Part shown: positions 44,701 through 54,452 of the stretch, in pieces | Layout of the letters: every line of letters begins with the position of its first letter | Position numbering within the stretch: the first letter of the stretch is position 1 | DNA from: Rhodospirillales bacterium | GTDB taxonomy: Bacteria; Pseudomonadota; Alphaproteobacteria; CACIAM-22H2 | Length of the DNA: 64,000 nucleotides | Direction of reading: 5' to 3' | Assembly (NCBI GenBank): GCA_016794005.1 | Contig: JAEUKY010000332.1 | Span: 5,029-69,028 of the forward strand | Notes under the pieces: generated by a model | What the model saw: the letters and a program-made list of their open reading frames with translations, nothing else | Told to the model about the DNA's origin: nothing | Databases searched by the model: none | Translations under genes and position numbers: made by a program

Positions 44701-44748
44701 GGCCCGACTGCGGAAACAACGGAACAGATCAGAGACTGGAGACAAGAC

Positions 44749-45909
44749 ATGCGCGTGATGATCCTCGGCGGCGACGGCTATCTCGGTTGGCCCACGGCAA
44801 TGCATTTCTCGGCACGTGGCGACGATGTCTATGTCGTCGACAACTTCGCCAAGCGCCAGTGGGAAATGGAGTCGGGCATCGAGCCTCTGCTTCCGATCCC
44901 GCCGCTGCACCGTCGCGTGCGCGCTTGGAAAGAGGTAACAGGCAAGGATATCAGGATTGAGGTTGGTGACCTGTGTAATCACCGCTTCGTCTACATGCTC
45001 ATCGAGCGCTACCGTCCCGAGACGATAATACATTACGGTGAGCAGCCTTCCGCGCCCTATTCGATGCAGTCGCGCACTACGGCAGTCTATTCGCAGGTCA
45101 ACAACGTCGTCGGAAACCTCAACGTCCTCTTCGCGATGAAGCGCTTCGCACCCGAAGCACATCTCGTGAAGCTCGGCACAATGGGCGAGTACGGCACGCC
45201 GAACATCGATATCGAGGAAGGCTGGATCGAGATCGAGCACAATGGCCGCAAGGACCGCATGCTCTATCCCAAGAAGCCCGGCAGCTTCTATCACCTGTCG
45301 AAGGTACACGATTCGGCGAACGTCGAGTTCGCGTGCCGCATCTGGGGCTTCCGCGCCACCGATCTCAACCAGGGCGTGGTCTATGGTATCGACACCGACC
45401 AGACCGTCCAGGGGCCGGACCTGCGCACGTCGTTCCATTACGATGACGTCTTCGGAACCGTGCTGAATCGCTTCCTCGTTCAGGCGGCCGTCGGCGAAAA
45501 GCTGACGGTGTACGGCAAGGGCGGGCAGACGCGCGGATTCCTCAACATCCGCGACACGATCGCCTGCGTGGCGCTGGCGGCCGACAATCCCGCGAAGGCC
45601 GGCGAGTTCCGGGTGTTCAATCAGTTCACCGAACAGTTCTCGGTGCGCGAACTCGCCGACAAGGTCGCCGCGGCCGGCCGGCGTGCGGGTCTCGACACGC
45701 AGATCACTTCGCTACCCAATCCGCGCGTCGAGATGGAGGAGCACTACTACAATGCCAAGCACACGGCCCTGCTCGATCTCGGACTCAAGCCGCACCTGCT
45801 GACGGACGAAGCGCTCGACAAGATGCTCGCCGTCGTCCGCGCGAACTGCGGCCATGTCGAGAAATCGAGCTTCATCCCGCGCATCCGCTGGGACGCCGCC
45901 AAGAAGTAG
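44749..45909 (+). CDS. sqdB: UDP-sulfoquinovose synthase (SQD1/SqdB)
   Basis: Long stretches match the SQD1 pattern: ILGGDGYLGWPTA, HYGEQPSAPYSM, LVKLGTMGEYGTPNIDIEEGW, SFYHLSKVHDS, RATDLNQGVVYG, TVYGKGGQTRGFLNIRDT, EFRVFNQFTEQFSV and NPRVEMEEHYYNAKHT. Confidence 0.9.
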   Translation: MRVMILGGDGYLGWPTAMHFSARGDDVYVVDNFAKRQWEMESGIEPLLPIPPLHRRVRAWKEVTGKDIRIEVGDLCNHRFVYMLIERYRPETIIHYGEQPSAPYSMQSRTTAVYSQVNNVVGNLNVLFAMKRFAPEAHLVKLGTMGEYGTPNIDIEEGWIEIEHNGRKDRMLYPKKPGSFYHLSKVHDSANVEFACRIWGFRATDLNQGVVYGIDTDQTVQGPDLRTSFHYDDVFGTVLNRFLVQAAVGEKLTVYGKGGQTRGFLNIRDTIACVALAADNPAKAGEFRVFNQFTEQFSVRELADKVAAAGRRAGLDTQITSLPNPRVEMEEHYYNAKHTALLDLGLKPHLLTDEALDKMLAVVRANCGHVEKSSFIPRIRWDAAKK

Positions 45910-45914
45910 AGCCG

Positions 45915-47330
45915 ATGACCGAAGGTATCGACGCGCCACCGCTCAAGCGGCGGCCCAAGGCGCTCGTCTTCATCGACTACGACGCTCTGGTCCGCCATTT
46001 TGTGATGAGCGGCGCGTTCGTCGATCTCGAGAAGGCGTTCGACGTCACATATATCGCGCACGACGACCCGGGGCAGCTGAAGAAGGGGCTGACGGTCAAC
46101 CTGCGTGAATTCGGCTGCGCTCGCGTGCGAACCTGCGTCGTTTCACGCCAGCGCATGGGCCTCTGGTATTTTCTCTACATCGTCAATGTGCTCCGCCAGC
46201 ACCGGGGAACCTCCGCCTACGGCCATCGCCGGATGCTGGCCGTTGATCAGGTCGGTGAACGGCGCGTACGCCAGTTTGAGCTTCTTGGTATGCCGGTGAT
46301 TTTCCACCTGTTCCGAGCCGCCTTCATGGCGTGGATGGGCGTCGATGCGGCAGTGGCGCAGCTGCTCGACGAAGAACGTCCGGACGTGGTGGTGCAGCCG
46401 TCGTTCCTGACGGGACCGTTCGTCAACGAGCTCCTGCGTGCAACGCGCGTGCGCGGGATTCCCTACCTGCTGCTGATGAACAGTTGGGACAATCCGGCCG
46501 TGAAGGCCGTGGCGACGGGCGACCCGGACCGTCTCGTCGTCTGGGGCGAGCAGTCGCGACGCCAAGCGATCGAGTACATGGGCGTCGATCCTGCACGGAT
46601 CGTCGCATTCGGCGCTGCGCAGTTCGACGTTTACCGCACGCCGCCGCGCGAGACGCGTGTCGATCTGGCGGCGGAATTCGGCGTGCCCATGGATCGGACG
46701 ATCGTCCTCTATGCGGGATCGGGCGCCGGCTGGCACGAGAGCGCCTATCTCGAGCAGCTCGATGCGATGACCGTTCCCGGCGGCGTCCTCGAGAATTGCC
46801 ACATTCTCTATCGCCCGCATCCGTGGCGCGGCCCGCTCGGGGCCGGCGAGCGCGACTTCTTTGAGATGGGTTTGCGCAACGTGACGATGGACCCGAACAT
46901 GAAGGAGCACTATCTGCGCCAGATCCGCGAGATCGGCGGCCGCGGCATGTATCTCGCCGACTATTCGATCACGAACCGGCTCCTGACGCTCGTCGAAGCG
47001 GTGATTTCGCCACTGTCGACGATCCTGCTGGAAGCGGCGATGAAGGGCCGGCCGCTCCTGATCTTCGCTCCCCCGCGCGACCTGAAGCTCGACGTCGACA
47101 AGAACCAGCCTCATTTCCGCGATTTCGTGACATGGCCCGAGATCAATCGCTGTTTCAACGACGACAGTTTTGAGGACGCGTGCGCATCGCTTCGCCGCCA
47201 GATCGGCGATCCCCGGATCGCTTCAGCGCTGCGCGAGCGCTCGCGCGACTTCGTGGTTTGCGACGGTCCGACCTATTCAGAGCGTTTGGCGGCCGAGGCG
47301 ATGGCTCTCGTCGCGGAGCGGGCGGCATGA
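45915..47330 (+). CDS. Hypothetical protein; third putative HP-motif GT-B-like transferase
   Basis: 471 aa. ILYRPHPWRGPLG (RPHP at 46812-46823) is followed by VISPLSTILLEAAMKGRPLLIFAP. An N-terminal Rossmann-like beta strand (ALVFIDYDAL) is present. I recognised no closer family. Confidence 0.35.
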   Translation: MTEGIDAPPLKRRPKALVFIDYDALVRHFVMSGAFVDLEKAFDVTYIAHDDPGQLKKGLTVNLREFGCARVRTCVVSRQRMGLWYFLYIVNVLRQHRGTSAYGHRRMLAVDQVGERRVRQFELLGMPVIFHLFRAAFMAWMGVDAAVAQLLDEERPDVVVQPSFLTGPFVNELLRATRVRGIPYLLLMNSWDNPAVKAVATGDPDRLVVWGEQSRRQAIEYMGVDPARIVAFGAAQFDVYRTPPRETRVDLAAEFGVPMDRTIVLYAGSGAGWHESAYLEQLDAMTVPGGVLENCHILYRPHPWRGPLGAGERDFFEMGLRNVTMDPNMKEHYLRQIREIGGRGMYLADYSITNRLLTLVEAVISPLSTILLEAAMKGRPLLIFAPPRDLKLDVDKNQPHFRDFVTWPEINRCFNDDSFEDACASLRRQIGDPRIASALRERSRDFVVCDGPTYSERLAAEAMALVAERAA

Positions 47331-48481
47331 CCGGACTTCGCCACCTCTTCCTCTATCCCGGCGAGAGTCGGCGTCGACGGCTCGCCGAGCTCGATAGCGG
47401 TGCGGTTCCGCGCGATTTCTTCTACGGCTATCTGGCACTTGAAGCTGCCGGCCGCACCTGCGAGATCGGCGACACGCGGACCAATCCGCGTGGCCTGCTC
47501 GCGCGGATGGAACTGCGTTGGGAACAGCTGCGTAACCGCTTTCTCGTCTTCGGCATGACTCGCCAGCGCGTGCGTGCCCTAGAGCCGGTCTTCGCGCGCG
47601 CCGACATCGCGCTGAGTTTCACCGACGCGTTCAGCCTGTCGATGGGCTACTGGCGGCCGCGGAGTGGATCGTATCTCGCCGGCGGCTTCCACGGTCTCGC
47701 CGACGTGCATATGCGTGCCCGACCCTGGGCGCGCCCATTGATCCGCCGGCTCATCGGTCGAGCGCTGCACGGTCTCGACCATATGTTTTTCTTCGGTGAC
47801 GTCGATCGCCGCCAGGCGATCGAAATGTACGACCTCGACGCGGCGAAGACGTCGCTATTCCTGTTCGGTGTTGACACAGATTTCTGGATCCCGCCCGAGG
47901 CCATCACGGAAGAACCGCTGGTGTTCGCCGTGGGCTCCGATCCACAGCGCGACTACGCGACGCTCGTGGCGGCGCCTACGGCGGCGAAGATGCGCATCCT
48001 GACGAGCTTGCCGGTCGACGTCCCCGCCGACGGGCGCGTCGAACTCGTGCGCGGCAACCTGTACGGCTCGCCGATTACTGATCTTGTTCTGCGCGATCTC
48101 TACCGTTCGGCCGCGGTCGTTGCCGTTCCGCTCCACGACGTCTACCAGCCCAGCGGCTATTCCGTGACCCTGCAGGCCATGGCCTGCGGCCGCCCGGTCG
48201 TGCTGACGCGCAACCGCGGCCTTTGGGACCCGGAGGTCTTCCGTTCGGGCGAGAACTGCCTGCTCGTACCACCCGGCGATCCTGCGGCGTTCGGTGCGGC
48301 GATCGAGCGCCTGATGGCAGATTCGGCCCTTCGTCGCAGGATTGGCGAAGCCGCGCGTGCGGATGCCGTCCGTCATTTCGGCCTGGCGCGGATGGACCGC
48401 GCAATTTTGGCGCTCGCCGACCGCCTGGCCGCAGAGAAAGCCGCATCGATGCGCGGCCAGCCCCGGGAACAAACGAAATGA
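47327..48481 (+). CDS. GT-B glycosyltransferase (GT1/GT4-like)
   Basis: The start overlaps the upstream stop (ATGA). VFAVGSDPQRDY, VVAVPLHDVYQPSGYSVTLQAMACGRPVVLT and LLVPPGDPAAFGAAI give the C-terminal GT-B nucleotide-sugar domain pattern, with Gln replacing Glu in the E-x7-E region. Confidence 0.65.
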   Translation: MTGLRHLFLYPGESRRRRLAELDSGAVPRDFFYGYLALEAAGRTCEIGDTRTNPRGLLARMELRWEQLRNRFLVFGMTRQRVRALEPVFARADIALSFTDAFSLSMGYWRPRSGSYLAGGFHGLADVHMRARPWARPLIRRLIGRALHGLDHMFFFGDVDRRQAIEMYDLDAAKTSLFLFGVDTDFWIPPEAITEEPLVFAVGSDPQRDYATLVAAPTAAKMRILTSLPVDVPADGRVELVRGNLYGSPITDLVLRDLYRSAAVVAVPLHDVYQPSGYSVTLQAMACGRPVVLTRNRGLWDPEVFRSGENCLLVPPGDPAAFGAAIERLMADSALRRRIGEAARADAVRHFGLARMDRAILALADRLAAEKAASMRGQPREQTK

Positions 48482-49251
48482 TCCGACGACTCGCCGCTCT
48501 CCTTCCTCCCGCACTGCGCGAAGAGCTGCGCACTCTGGTGCGCGGCCCGCGCAAGGAAGGCGAAGAATGGCTGCCCTACCGCACCGCGCTGTTCGACGAG
48601 CTTGTCGCACTGGCGGGTGCGGGGCATTTTGCCGGCAAACGGATCCTCGAGATCGGTCCGCGGGACGGGCTTGACTCGCGCAGGCTGGCGGGGCTCAGGC
48701 CCGCGGAACTCGTGATGCTGGATTTACCCGAAAAGGGAACGGTCAACCGGGAATGGCTCGCCGGTATCGACTGCCCGAAGCGCTATATCGAGGCGAACTA
48801 CCTCTACATGGAAGCGCCCGCCCGCGCGGCTCTCGGACGTTTCGATCTCGTGTGGTTTACCGGCGTGCTCTATCACAATGCCGAGCAACTCCGGATGTTG
48901 CGCCTGCTGTTCCGCCAGCTCGTGCCGGACGGATGGCTGGTGCTCGAAAGCTCGACGCTACGCGGGCCCAAGGCGCTGCGGGACGGCGCTTTCGTCCAGA
49001 TCCACTGGCCGCAGACCTTCCGCGATACCGGGACGATCACGCATCTGCCCAGTGCGGGTGCGGTCCGAGCGTGGCTCGACATGGCCGGCTTCGGCCCGAT
49101 CCACGATAGCAGCTGCTTCCGCAAAACGAATCCCGAACTCGTCGGTCTGCGCTATGCGGCGATCGCGTGGCGTGGGGCCGACGATGCGGGTGGCGCCTAC
49201 TACGCCAAGAGCGGATTGAATCCGGATTACCGACTCGGCGACGCGACTTGA
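48478..49251 (+). CDS. SAM-dependent methyltransferase-like protein (CmoB/DUF1698-like)
   Basis: The start overlaps the upstream stop (ATGA). ILEIGPRDGLDS, FDLVWFTGVLYHNAEQ and LVPDGWLVLES are present. Confidence 0.55.
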   Translation: MIRRLAALLPPALREELRTLVRGPRKEGEEWLPYRTALFDELVALAGAGHFAGKRILEIGPRDGLDSRRLAGLRPAELVMLDLPEKGTVNREWLAGIDCPKRYIEANYLYMEAPARAALGRFDLVWFTGVLYHNAEQLRMLRLLFRQLVPDGWLVLESSTLRGPKALRDGAFVQIHWPQTFRDTGTITHLPSAGAVRAWLDMAGFGPIHDSSCFRKTNPELVGLRYAAIAWRGADDAGGAYYAKSGLNPDYRLGDAT

Positions 49252-49267
49252 CTGCAGGACAGCAGAA

Positions 49268-50296
49268 ATGAAAGTCGCACTCGGCCATCGACTGATGGAA
49301 GGGCCGTGGGGCGGGGGCAACATGTTCGCCCACGCGCTCGCCGACGGGCTCGAGCGTGCCGGGCATGCGGTGCGTTTCGATCTTGCCGACCGCGACATCG
49401 ACGCGATCGTGCTGACCGACCCGCGGTGGCGCAATCCAGCGTCTGCCTTCGGGCCGGGTGCCATCCTGCGGTATCTCTGGCTGCGCAATCCCGACGCGAT
49501 CGTCATCCACCGAATCAACGAATGTGATCTGCGCAAGGGTACGCGGCATGTCGACGCGATGCTGGCGCGCGCGAACTACTGCGCCGACGTAACCGCGTTT
49601 GTCGGCAAATGGCTGACCGAACTACCCGTCTGGCGCGCGAACCGGCGTACGCCTTTCAAGATCCTGCGCAACGGCGCCGACGACGCGATGTTCAATGGTT
49701 CCGGCCAGATTCCGTGGGACGGCACGGGCCCGTTGCGACTCGTGACGCACCACTGGGGCTTCAACGCGATGAAGGGCTTCGACGTCTATTCGGCGATCGA
49801 TGCGCTTCTCGACGCGCCCGAGTGGCGCGCGCGGCTTGCCTTCACTTACGTCGGCAATCTGCCTGCCGGTTTCCGCTTCCGCAATGCATCCTACGTGCCG
49901 CCACTGTCCGGCAAGGCGCTTGCCGACGAACTGCGGCGGCACCATGCCTACGTCACCGCGTCGCAGTTCGAACCCGGCGGCAACCACCAGAACGAGGGGG
50001 CCTGCTGCGGCCTGCCGCTTCTCTACCGCAATAGCGGCTGCCTTCCGGAGTACTGCGCGGGCTTCGGCGAGGTGTTCGACGGCCCGGGTGACTTCGTCGC
50101 GGCGTTCGGGCGGCTGACAGCAGGCTACGCGGCCGCGCACGCGAAGATGCCCGCCTATCCGTGGACCGCACGTCGGATGTGCACGGACTGGCTAGCTGCT
50201 TTCGACGAGATTCTGGCCCGCCGCCGCGAGATTGTCGCCGCGCGTCGCCTGTGGCGTTCGCCCGCGGCCTTCCTTCGCGCGCAAGTGGCGGCGTGA
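49268..50296 (+). CDS. GT-B glycosyltransferase (GT4-like)
   Basis: VTASQFEPGGNHQNEGACCGLPLL contains an E-x7-E motif. The N-terminus MKVALGHRLMEGPWGGGNMF is typical of GT4-like N-domains. Confidence 0.65.
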   Translation: MKVALGHRLMEGPWGGGNMFAHALADGLERAGHAVRFDLADRDIDAIVLTDPRWRNPASAFGPGAILRYLWLRNPDAIVIHRINECDLRKGTRHVDAMLARANYCADVTAFVGKWLTELPVWRANRRTPFKILRNGADDAMFNGSGQIPWDGTGPLRLVTHHWGFNAMKGFDVYSAIDALLDAPEWRARLAFTYVGNLPAGFRFRNASYVPPLSGKALADELRRHHAYVTASQFEPGGNHQNEGACCGLPLLYRNSGCLPEYCAGFGEVFDGPGDFVAAFGRLTAGYAAAHAKMPAYPWTARRMCTDWLAAFDEILARRREIVAARRLWRSPAAFLRAQVAA

Positions 50297-51393
50297 AAGC
50301 GCTTCTTCGCGAATGCGGGCGTACGCTGCTCGCGCAGGCCGGACGCCTGCCGGGTCTGCGGCTGTCGCCCTGTCCAGTGACGTTCGTCGTCGAGCGCAAC
50401 GACTGGTCCATCCGCTGGGACGGCCTCTACATCACGCGTGGGATCGAAGCGCTGAGGCCTGGCACGGCGCGCATCTCGGAGAGCCCGTGGCGGAGTGCCG
50501 GACCAGTCGTGCATTTCGGTTCCCACTTCTTGTGGAACGCGTGGAGCGCCCATCTCCCGATCGGGCCCGCCTATGTCGTGACCTACTTCCACGGAAAGCC
50601 GGACGACGGTCCGGACGCGGCGCGCGACGTCGAAGCCTTCCTTGCGCGCCTGGATCGGGTCGCCTGCGTCGTGACGGCGGCCTCGCTCATGGAGCGACGT
50701 CTCGTCGAATGGGGCGTTCCGAAGGAACGCGTCGTGCGGATACCGATCGGGGTCGACACGCGCCACTTTGTGCCAGCAGATGTCGCACGACGGGCTGCCG
50801 CGCGCGAGTCCTTCGGCATCCCAGATGACGCGATCGCGGTCGGTTCCTTCCAGAAGGACGGCGTGGGCTGGGGCGATGGGAACGAGCCCAAGCTCATCAA
50901 GGGGCCGGACATCTTCGTGGCGGCGATGGCGGCGCTGCGCGCACGCGGCTTGCCGGTGATGGCGCTGTTGACGGGGCCTGCGCGCGGCTACGTCAAGGCC
51001 GGACTCGCGGCGGCCGGCGTCCCATTTCGCCATGTCTTCCTTGACGACTATATGAAGATCGCGGACGCCTACGCGGCACTCGACCTCTATCTGATGACCT
51101 CGCGGGAGGAAGGCGGACCCAAGGCGATCCCGGAAAGCTTCGCCTCCGGCGTTCCGATCGTCGCGGCGGATTGCGGCATGGCATCCGACATGATCCGCGA
51201 TGGCGTCAACGGTGCCCTCGTGCCGGTCGGCGATGTCGGGGCATTCGTGGCGCGGGCGGCCGATGCGCTGGCGAATCCGGCGCATGCGCGCGCATGGACC
51301 GTCGCCGCGCACGCAGACATCGCGGCCTACGACTGGTCGGCTATCTCTGTAGCCCACTGGGAGAAAATCTACTCACCGCTGCTGCGTGGCTGA
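50293..51393 (+). CDS. Glycosyltransferase family 4
   Basis: The GTG start overlaps the upstream TGA. LMTSREEGGPKAIPESFASGVPIVA (E-x7-E) and NGALVPVGD are present. Confidence 0.8.
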   Translation: MKALLRECGRTLLAQAGRLPGLRLSPCPVTFVVERNDWSIRWDGLYITRGIEALRPGTARISESPWRSAGPVVHFGSHFLWNAWSAHLPIGPAYVVTYFHGKPDDGPDAARDVEAFLARLDRVACVVTAASLMERRLVEWGVPKERVVRIPIGVDTRHFVPADVARRAAARESFGIPDDAIAVGSFQKDGVGWGDGNEPKLIKGPDIFVAAMAALRARGLPVMALLTGPARGYVKAGLAAAGVPFRHVFLDDYMKIADAYAALDLYLMTSREEGGPKAIPESFASGVPIVAADCGMASDMIRDGVNGALVPVGDVGAFVARAADALANPAHARAWTVAAHADIAAYDWSAISVAHWEKIYSPLLRG

Positions 51394-52398
51394 CTAGCCG
51401 TGAAGCGGACGTCTGTCCTCTTCGGGTAAACCGCGGAACCAGTCGGTCATCCGGACGAGCCCGTCCCGAAGACCGATTTTCGGCGCCACTTCGCCGATGA
51501 TAGAACGTAGGCGAGTCGAATTTGCCGATTTTACGAAACGCCCTTCGGGCCTCGTCGTGTCGAACACGGTACGCACATTTGCGCCGGTTGCCGCGAGGAT
51601 CGCCGTGACAAGATCGGCCATCGAGATGGTGTCCTCGAAGCCGACATTGACGGTCTGGCCGGCAGCATTTGCCTCCACCAGACGGCGCAGGATCGTCGCG
51701 CAGTCCTTGGCGTGCATGTAGTTACGCCGCTGTCGTCCGCTACCCCAGATGACGACCGGATCCATACCGCTCATGACCTTGTGGACGAGCATCGGAATCG
51801 CCTGACTATTGGTACCGCGCCAGCGATAGCGCTCGCCATAGATGTTGACCGGTCGCGCGATCGCGACCGGCACGCCGGCGACCTGCGAAAGCATCGTGAA
51901 CTTGGTTTCCATGAAGCGCTTCGCCCAGCCATACCCGCTGTTCACGCGCTCCGGCTCGCCGTCATAGACCGGCAATTCGGGAAACGTGTCCGGCCCATCG
52001 TCACGATGCACGCAGGATGACGAAACGGTCAGCACGAACTCCGGCGGTCGGGCGGCCAGGGCTTCAACCATGTTGTTCGTCACGCGCTCGTTGTGCAGGC
52101 ATATCTCCAGATGGCGCTTTGCGCCATAGCCGACGCCGAAAGCGCGGCTGGCCAAGTGGAATACGATCTGCGCGCCGTCGAGGCAACGCGCGGCCACGCC
52201 GGGCGCTTCAAGATCGCCCTCGCGCAATTCGATCCGTCCCGAGACCGCGGCGAGATGCGCCGGCGATCCGGTCGAAAAATCGTCCACGACGACGACTCGC
52301 GCGTCGAGAGCCAGCAGATCTTCGACCAGAAACGACCCAATCAAGCCGGCACCGCCGGTGACGGCTACGGTCTTGCCGCCCAAACTGAGCATCGACAT
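51394..52398 (-). CDS. NAD-dependent epimerase/dehydratase (extended SDR)
   Basis: The start is placed at MSMLSL, preceded by AAGGAA. VAVTGGAGLIGSFLV (Rossmann) and SGYGWAKRF (YxxxK) are present. The stop abuts the convergent GT4 stop with zero intergenic nt. Confidence 0.8.
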   Translation of the reverse strand: MSMLSLGGKTVAVTGGAGLIGSFLVEDLLALDARVVVVDDFSTGSPAHLAAVSGRIELREGDLEAPGVAARCLDGAQIVFHLASRAFGVGYGAKRHLEICLHNERVTNNMVEALAARPPEFVLTVSSSCVHRDDGPDTFPELPVYDGEPERVNSGYGWAKRFMETKFTMLSQVAGVPVAIARPVNIYGERYRWRGTNSQAIPMLVHKVMSGMDPVVIWGSGRQRRNYMHAKDCATILRRLVEANAAGQTVNVGFEDTISMADLVTAILAATGANVRTVFDTTRPEGRFVKSANSTRLRSIIGEVAPKIGLRDGLVRMTDWFRGLPEEDRRPLHG

Positions 52399-52536
52399 GG
52401 GTTCCTTCGGCCGCGTGCGTACGTGCGGCAATGTGCAACGAAACCTGCGAATAACGGCGCCTGTAGCTTGCGTCAAGTCCTACTTGACCAATCGTCCGCC
52501 GTGGTCGAATAAACGGGTCGTCCGGCTTCGCCGGCA

Positions 52537-53358
52537 ATGACAGCGAGCATTTCCATGCGCAAAGACTACATGGTCGTCGAGGCCAAGAGTGCCGCCCAGG
52601 GCGAAGCCGCGTTCGTCGCTGACCATTGGACCAACGTCTGGCGGCAGGAGGGTGGGCCCAAGGCGGCAACCAGCCGCGTACTGCGCCAGGAAGAGTTCCG
52701 CATCATGCAGCGCTACCTGCCGCGGCTGCCCCAGGGTGCACGTCTGCTCGACGGCGGCTGCGGTCTGGGAGAATGGACGGCGTATTTCACGCGTCAAGGG
52801 TACCCGACCGTCGGGCTCGACCTGTCCGCCGAAACGATTGCCCAGCTGCGGATTGTGTTTCCCGACCAGGAATTCCATGTCGGCGACATCCGCGATACCG
52901 GCTTTGCCGACGACACGTTCGACGGCTATTTCTCGTGGGGCACGTTCGAGCATTTCGAAGACGGCATCGACGGCTGCGTGCGCGAGGCATGGCGCATTCT
53001 GAAGCCTGGCGGCTATCTGTTCGTACGAATTCCCTTCGACAATCTGCGCCATGCATTTGCTGCCGCCTTCGCGCGGTCGGTAGCGGCGAAGCACGATTCG
53101 GTTTCCACGCGTTTCTACCAATGGCGGTTCACGCGTGGCGAGCTCCAGCAGGCGCTTACGCGCAACGGGTTCGAGGTCGCGGAGATACGGCTGGTCGCCA
53201 AGCGCCAAGGCGTTCTGCGGTTTCTATCCGTAAATTTCGGATTGCACTGGAGCTGGAAGTTCAGCCGTTATCTGGCCGGCGCCATTGCGCCATTCGTATG
53301 GTCGGGCCTCATCGCGCACAACGTCATGGCCGTGGCGCGCAAGCCCCAAGTTTCATGA
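52537..53358 (+). CDS. Class I SAM-dependent methyltransferase
   Basis: LLDGGCGLGEW, GLDLSAETI, FDGYFSWGTFEHF and LKPGGYLFVRIP are present. Confidence 0.8.
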   Translation: MTASISMRKDYMVVEAKSAAQGEAAFVADHWTNVWRQEGGPKAATSRVLRQEEFRIMQRYLPRLPQGARLLDGGCGLGEWTAYFTRQGYPTVGLDLSAETIAQLRIVFPDQEFHVGDIRDTGFADDTFDGYFSWGTFEHFEDGIDGCVREAWRILKPGGYLFVRIPFDNLRHAFAAAFARSVAAKHDSVSTRFYQWRFTRGELQQALTRNGFEVAEIRLVAKRQGVLRFLSVNFGLHWSWKFSRYLAGAIAPFVWSGLIAHNVMAVARKPQVS

Positions 53359-54452
53359 CTGACGAGCGGCGCAGAATAACGCGCGTCAAGAAACTGGCGC
53401 GCCTCTCGTACGGCATTGCCTTGGGCGCCAGCGCAGTCATCACGGCGCCGTTCTCCGGTCGCCGGGGTGCACCGCGCGTATACTACGGCGGCGCTCTCGT
53501 CGGCGATGTCGGCGGGCCGCTCGTCAAGGTCCGTCGCCTGATCGAGTATTTCCCCGAGCACCAGATTGACTACAACCTCGTATATGCACTCAGCAATGCG
53601 CCGTACCTTCCGGACTTTGCGCTCGCGCTGCTGCGGCTTCGCGGCATTCCGATCGTGCACAACCAGAATGGCCTGTTCTATCCGGCGTGGTATCGCGGCG
53701 ATTGGCGCGGCGAGAATGCGCGAATGGCCCGCACGTACAGGCAGGCGGCGCACGTATTCTGGCAGAGCGAGTTCTGCCGCCGCGGCGCCGATCTCTTTCT
53801 TGGGCCACGCGAAGGGCCGGGCGAGGTGCTCTACAATGCCGTCGACACGTCGCGATTCACGCCTGCTCCCGCGATTCCCGACGGGCCGGTCGTGTTCCTG
53901 ATGACGGGCAAGATGGATGCCCATCTCTACTATCGAATCGAGAATGCTATTCGTGGCTTCGCCAATGTCGTCGCCGGAGGCCTCGACGCGCGGCTGCGAC
54001 TTGCCGGATGGGCTGCGCCGACAGTCGAGGAACGCGCGCGCTCCCTCGCCGAAGCGCTCGGCATTGCGGATCGCCTCGAGTTCAAGGGCCGGTATACGCA
54101 GGCGATCGCGCCTGACATCTATCGCGCCGCGCATATATATATTTCGACCAAACACAACGATGCCTGCCCAAACGCGGTGATTGAAGCGATGGCCTGTGGT
54201 TTGCCGGTCGTGTTCTCGGCCAGCGGTGGCGTGCCGGAGCTTGTCGGCGATGCCGGGATCGGCGTGAAGGTGCCCGAATCCTGGGACGAACCGCAGGTTC
54301 CTGATGAGATTGTGCTCGCGCAGGCAATGCACGACGTCGCGGCCGACAGAGGCAGATTTGGCGCTGCGGCTCGCGAGCGGGCCGCAGCGCATTTCGACAT
54401 AGGCCATTGGATCGCGCGCCATCGAACCGTCTTCGAAAGCCTGACGCGATGA
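53355..54452 (+). CDS. Glycosyltransferase family 4-like (GT-B)
   Basis: The start overlaps the upstream stop (ATGA). VVFLMTGKMD, IYISTKHNDACPNAVIEAMACGLPVVFSASGG and the surrounding C-terminal GT-B pattern are present. Confidence 0.7.
   Translation: MTDERRRITRVKKLARLSYGIALGASAVITAPFSGRRGAPRVYYGGALVGDVGGPLVKVRRLIEYFPEHQIDYNLVYALSNAPYLPDFALALLRLRGIPIVHNQNGLFYPAWYRGDWRGENARMARTYRQAAHVFWQSEFCRRGADLFLGPREGPGEVLYNAVDTSRFTPAPAIPDGPVVFLMTGKMDAHLYYRIENAIRGFANVVAGGLDARLRLAGWAAPTVEERARSLAEALGIADRLEFKGRYTQAIAPDIYRAAHIYISTKHNDACPNAVIEAMACGLPVVFSASGGVPELVGDAGIGVKVPESWDEPQVPDEIVLAQAMHDVAADRGRFGAAARERAAAHFDIGHWIARHRTVFESLTR

Noticed and set aside
43435-45438. 667-aa minus-strand ORF across the methyltransferase and sqdB genes
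   Set aside because: It spans two well-supported plus-strand genes, including the nearly unmistakable SqdB. Its composition is shadow-frame-like.
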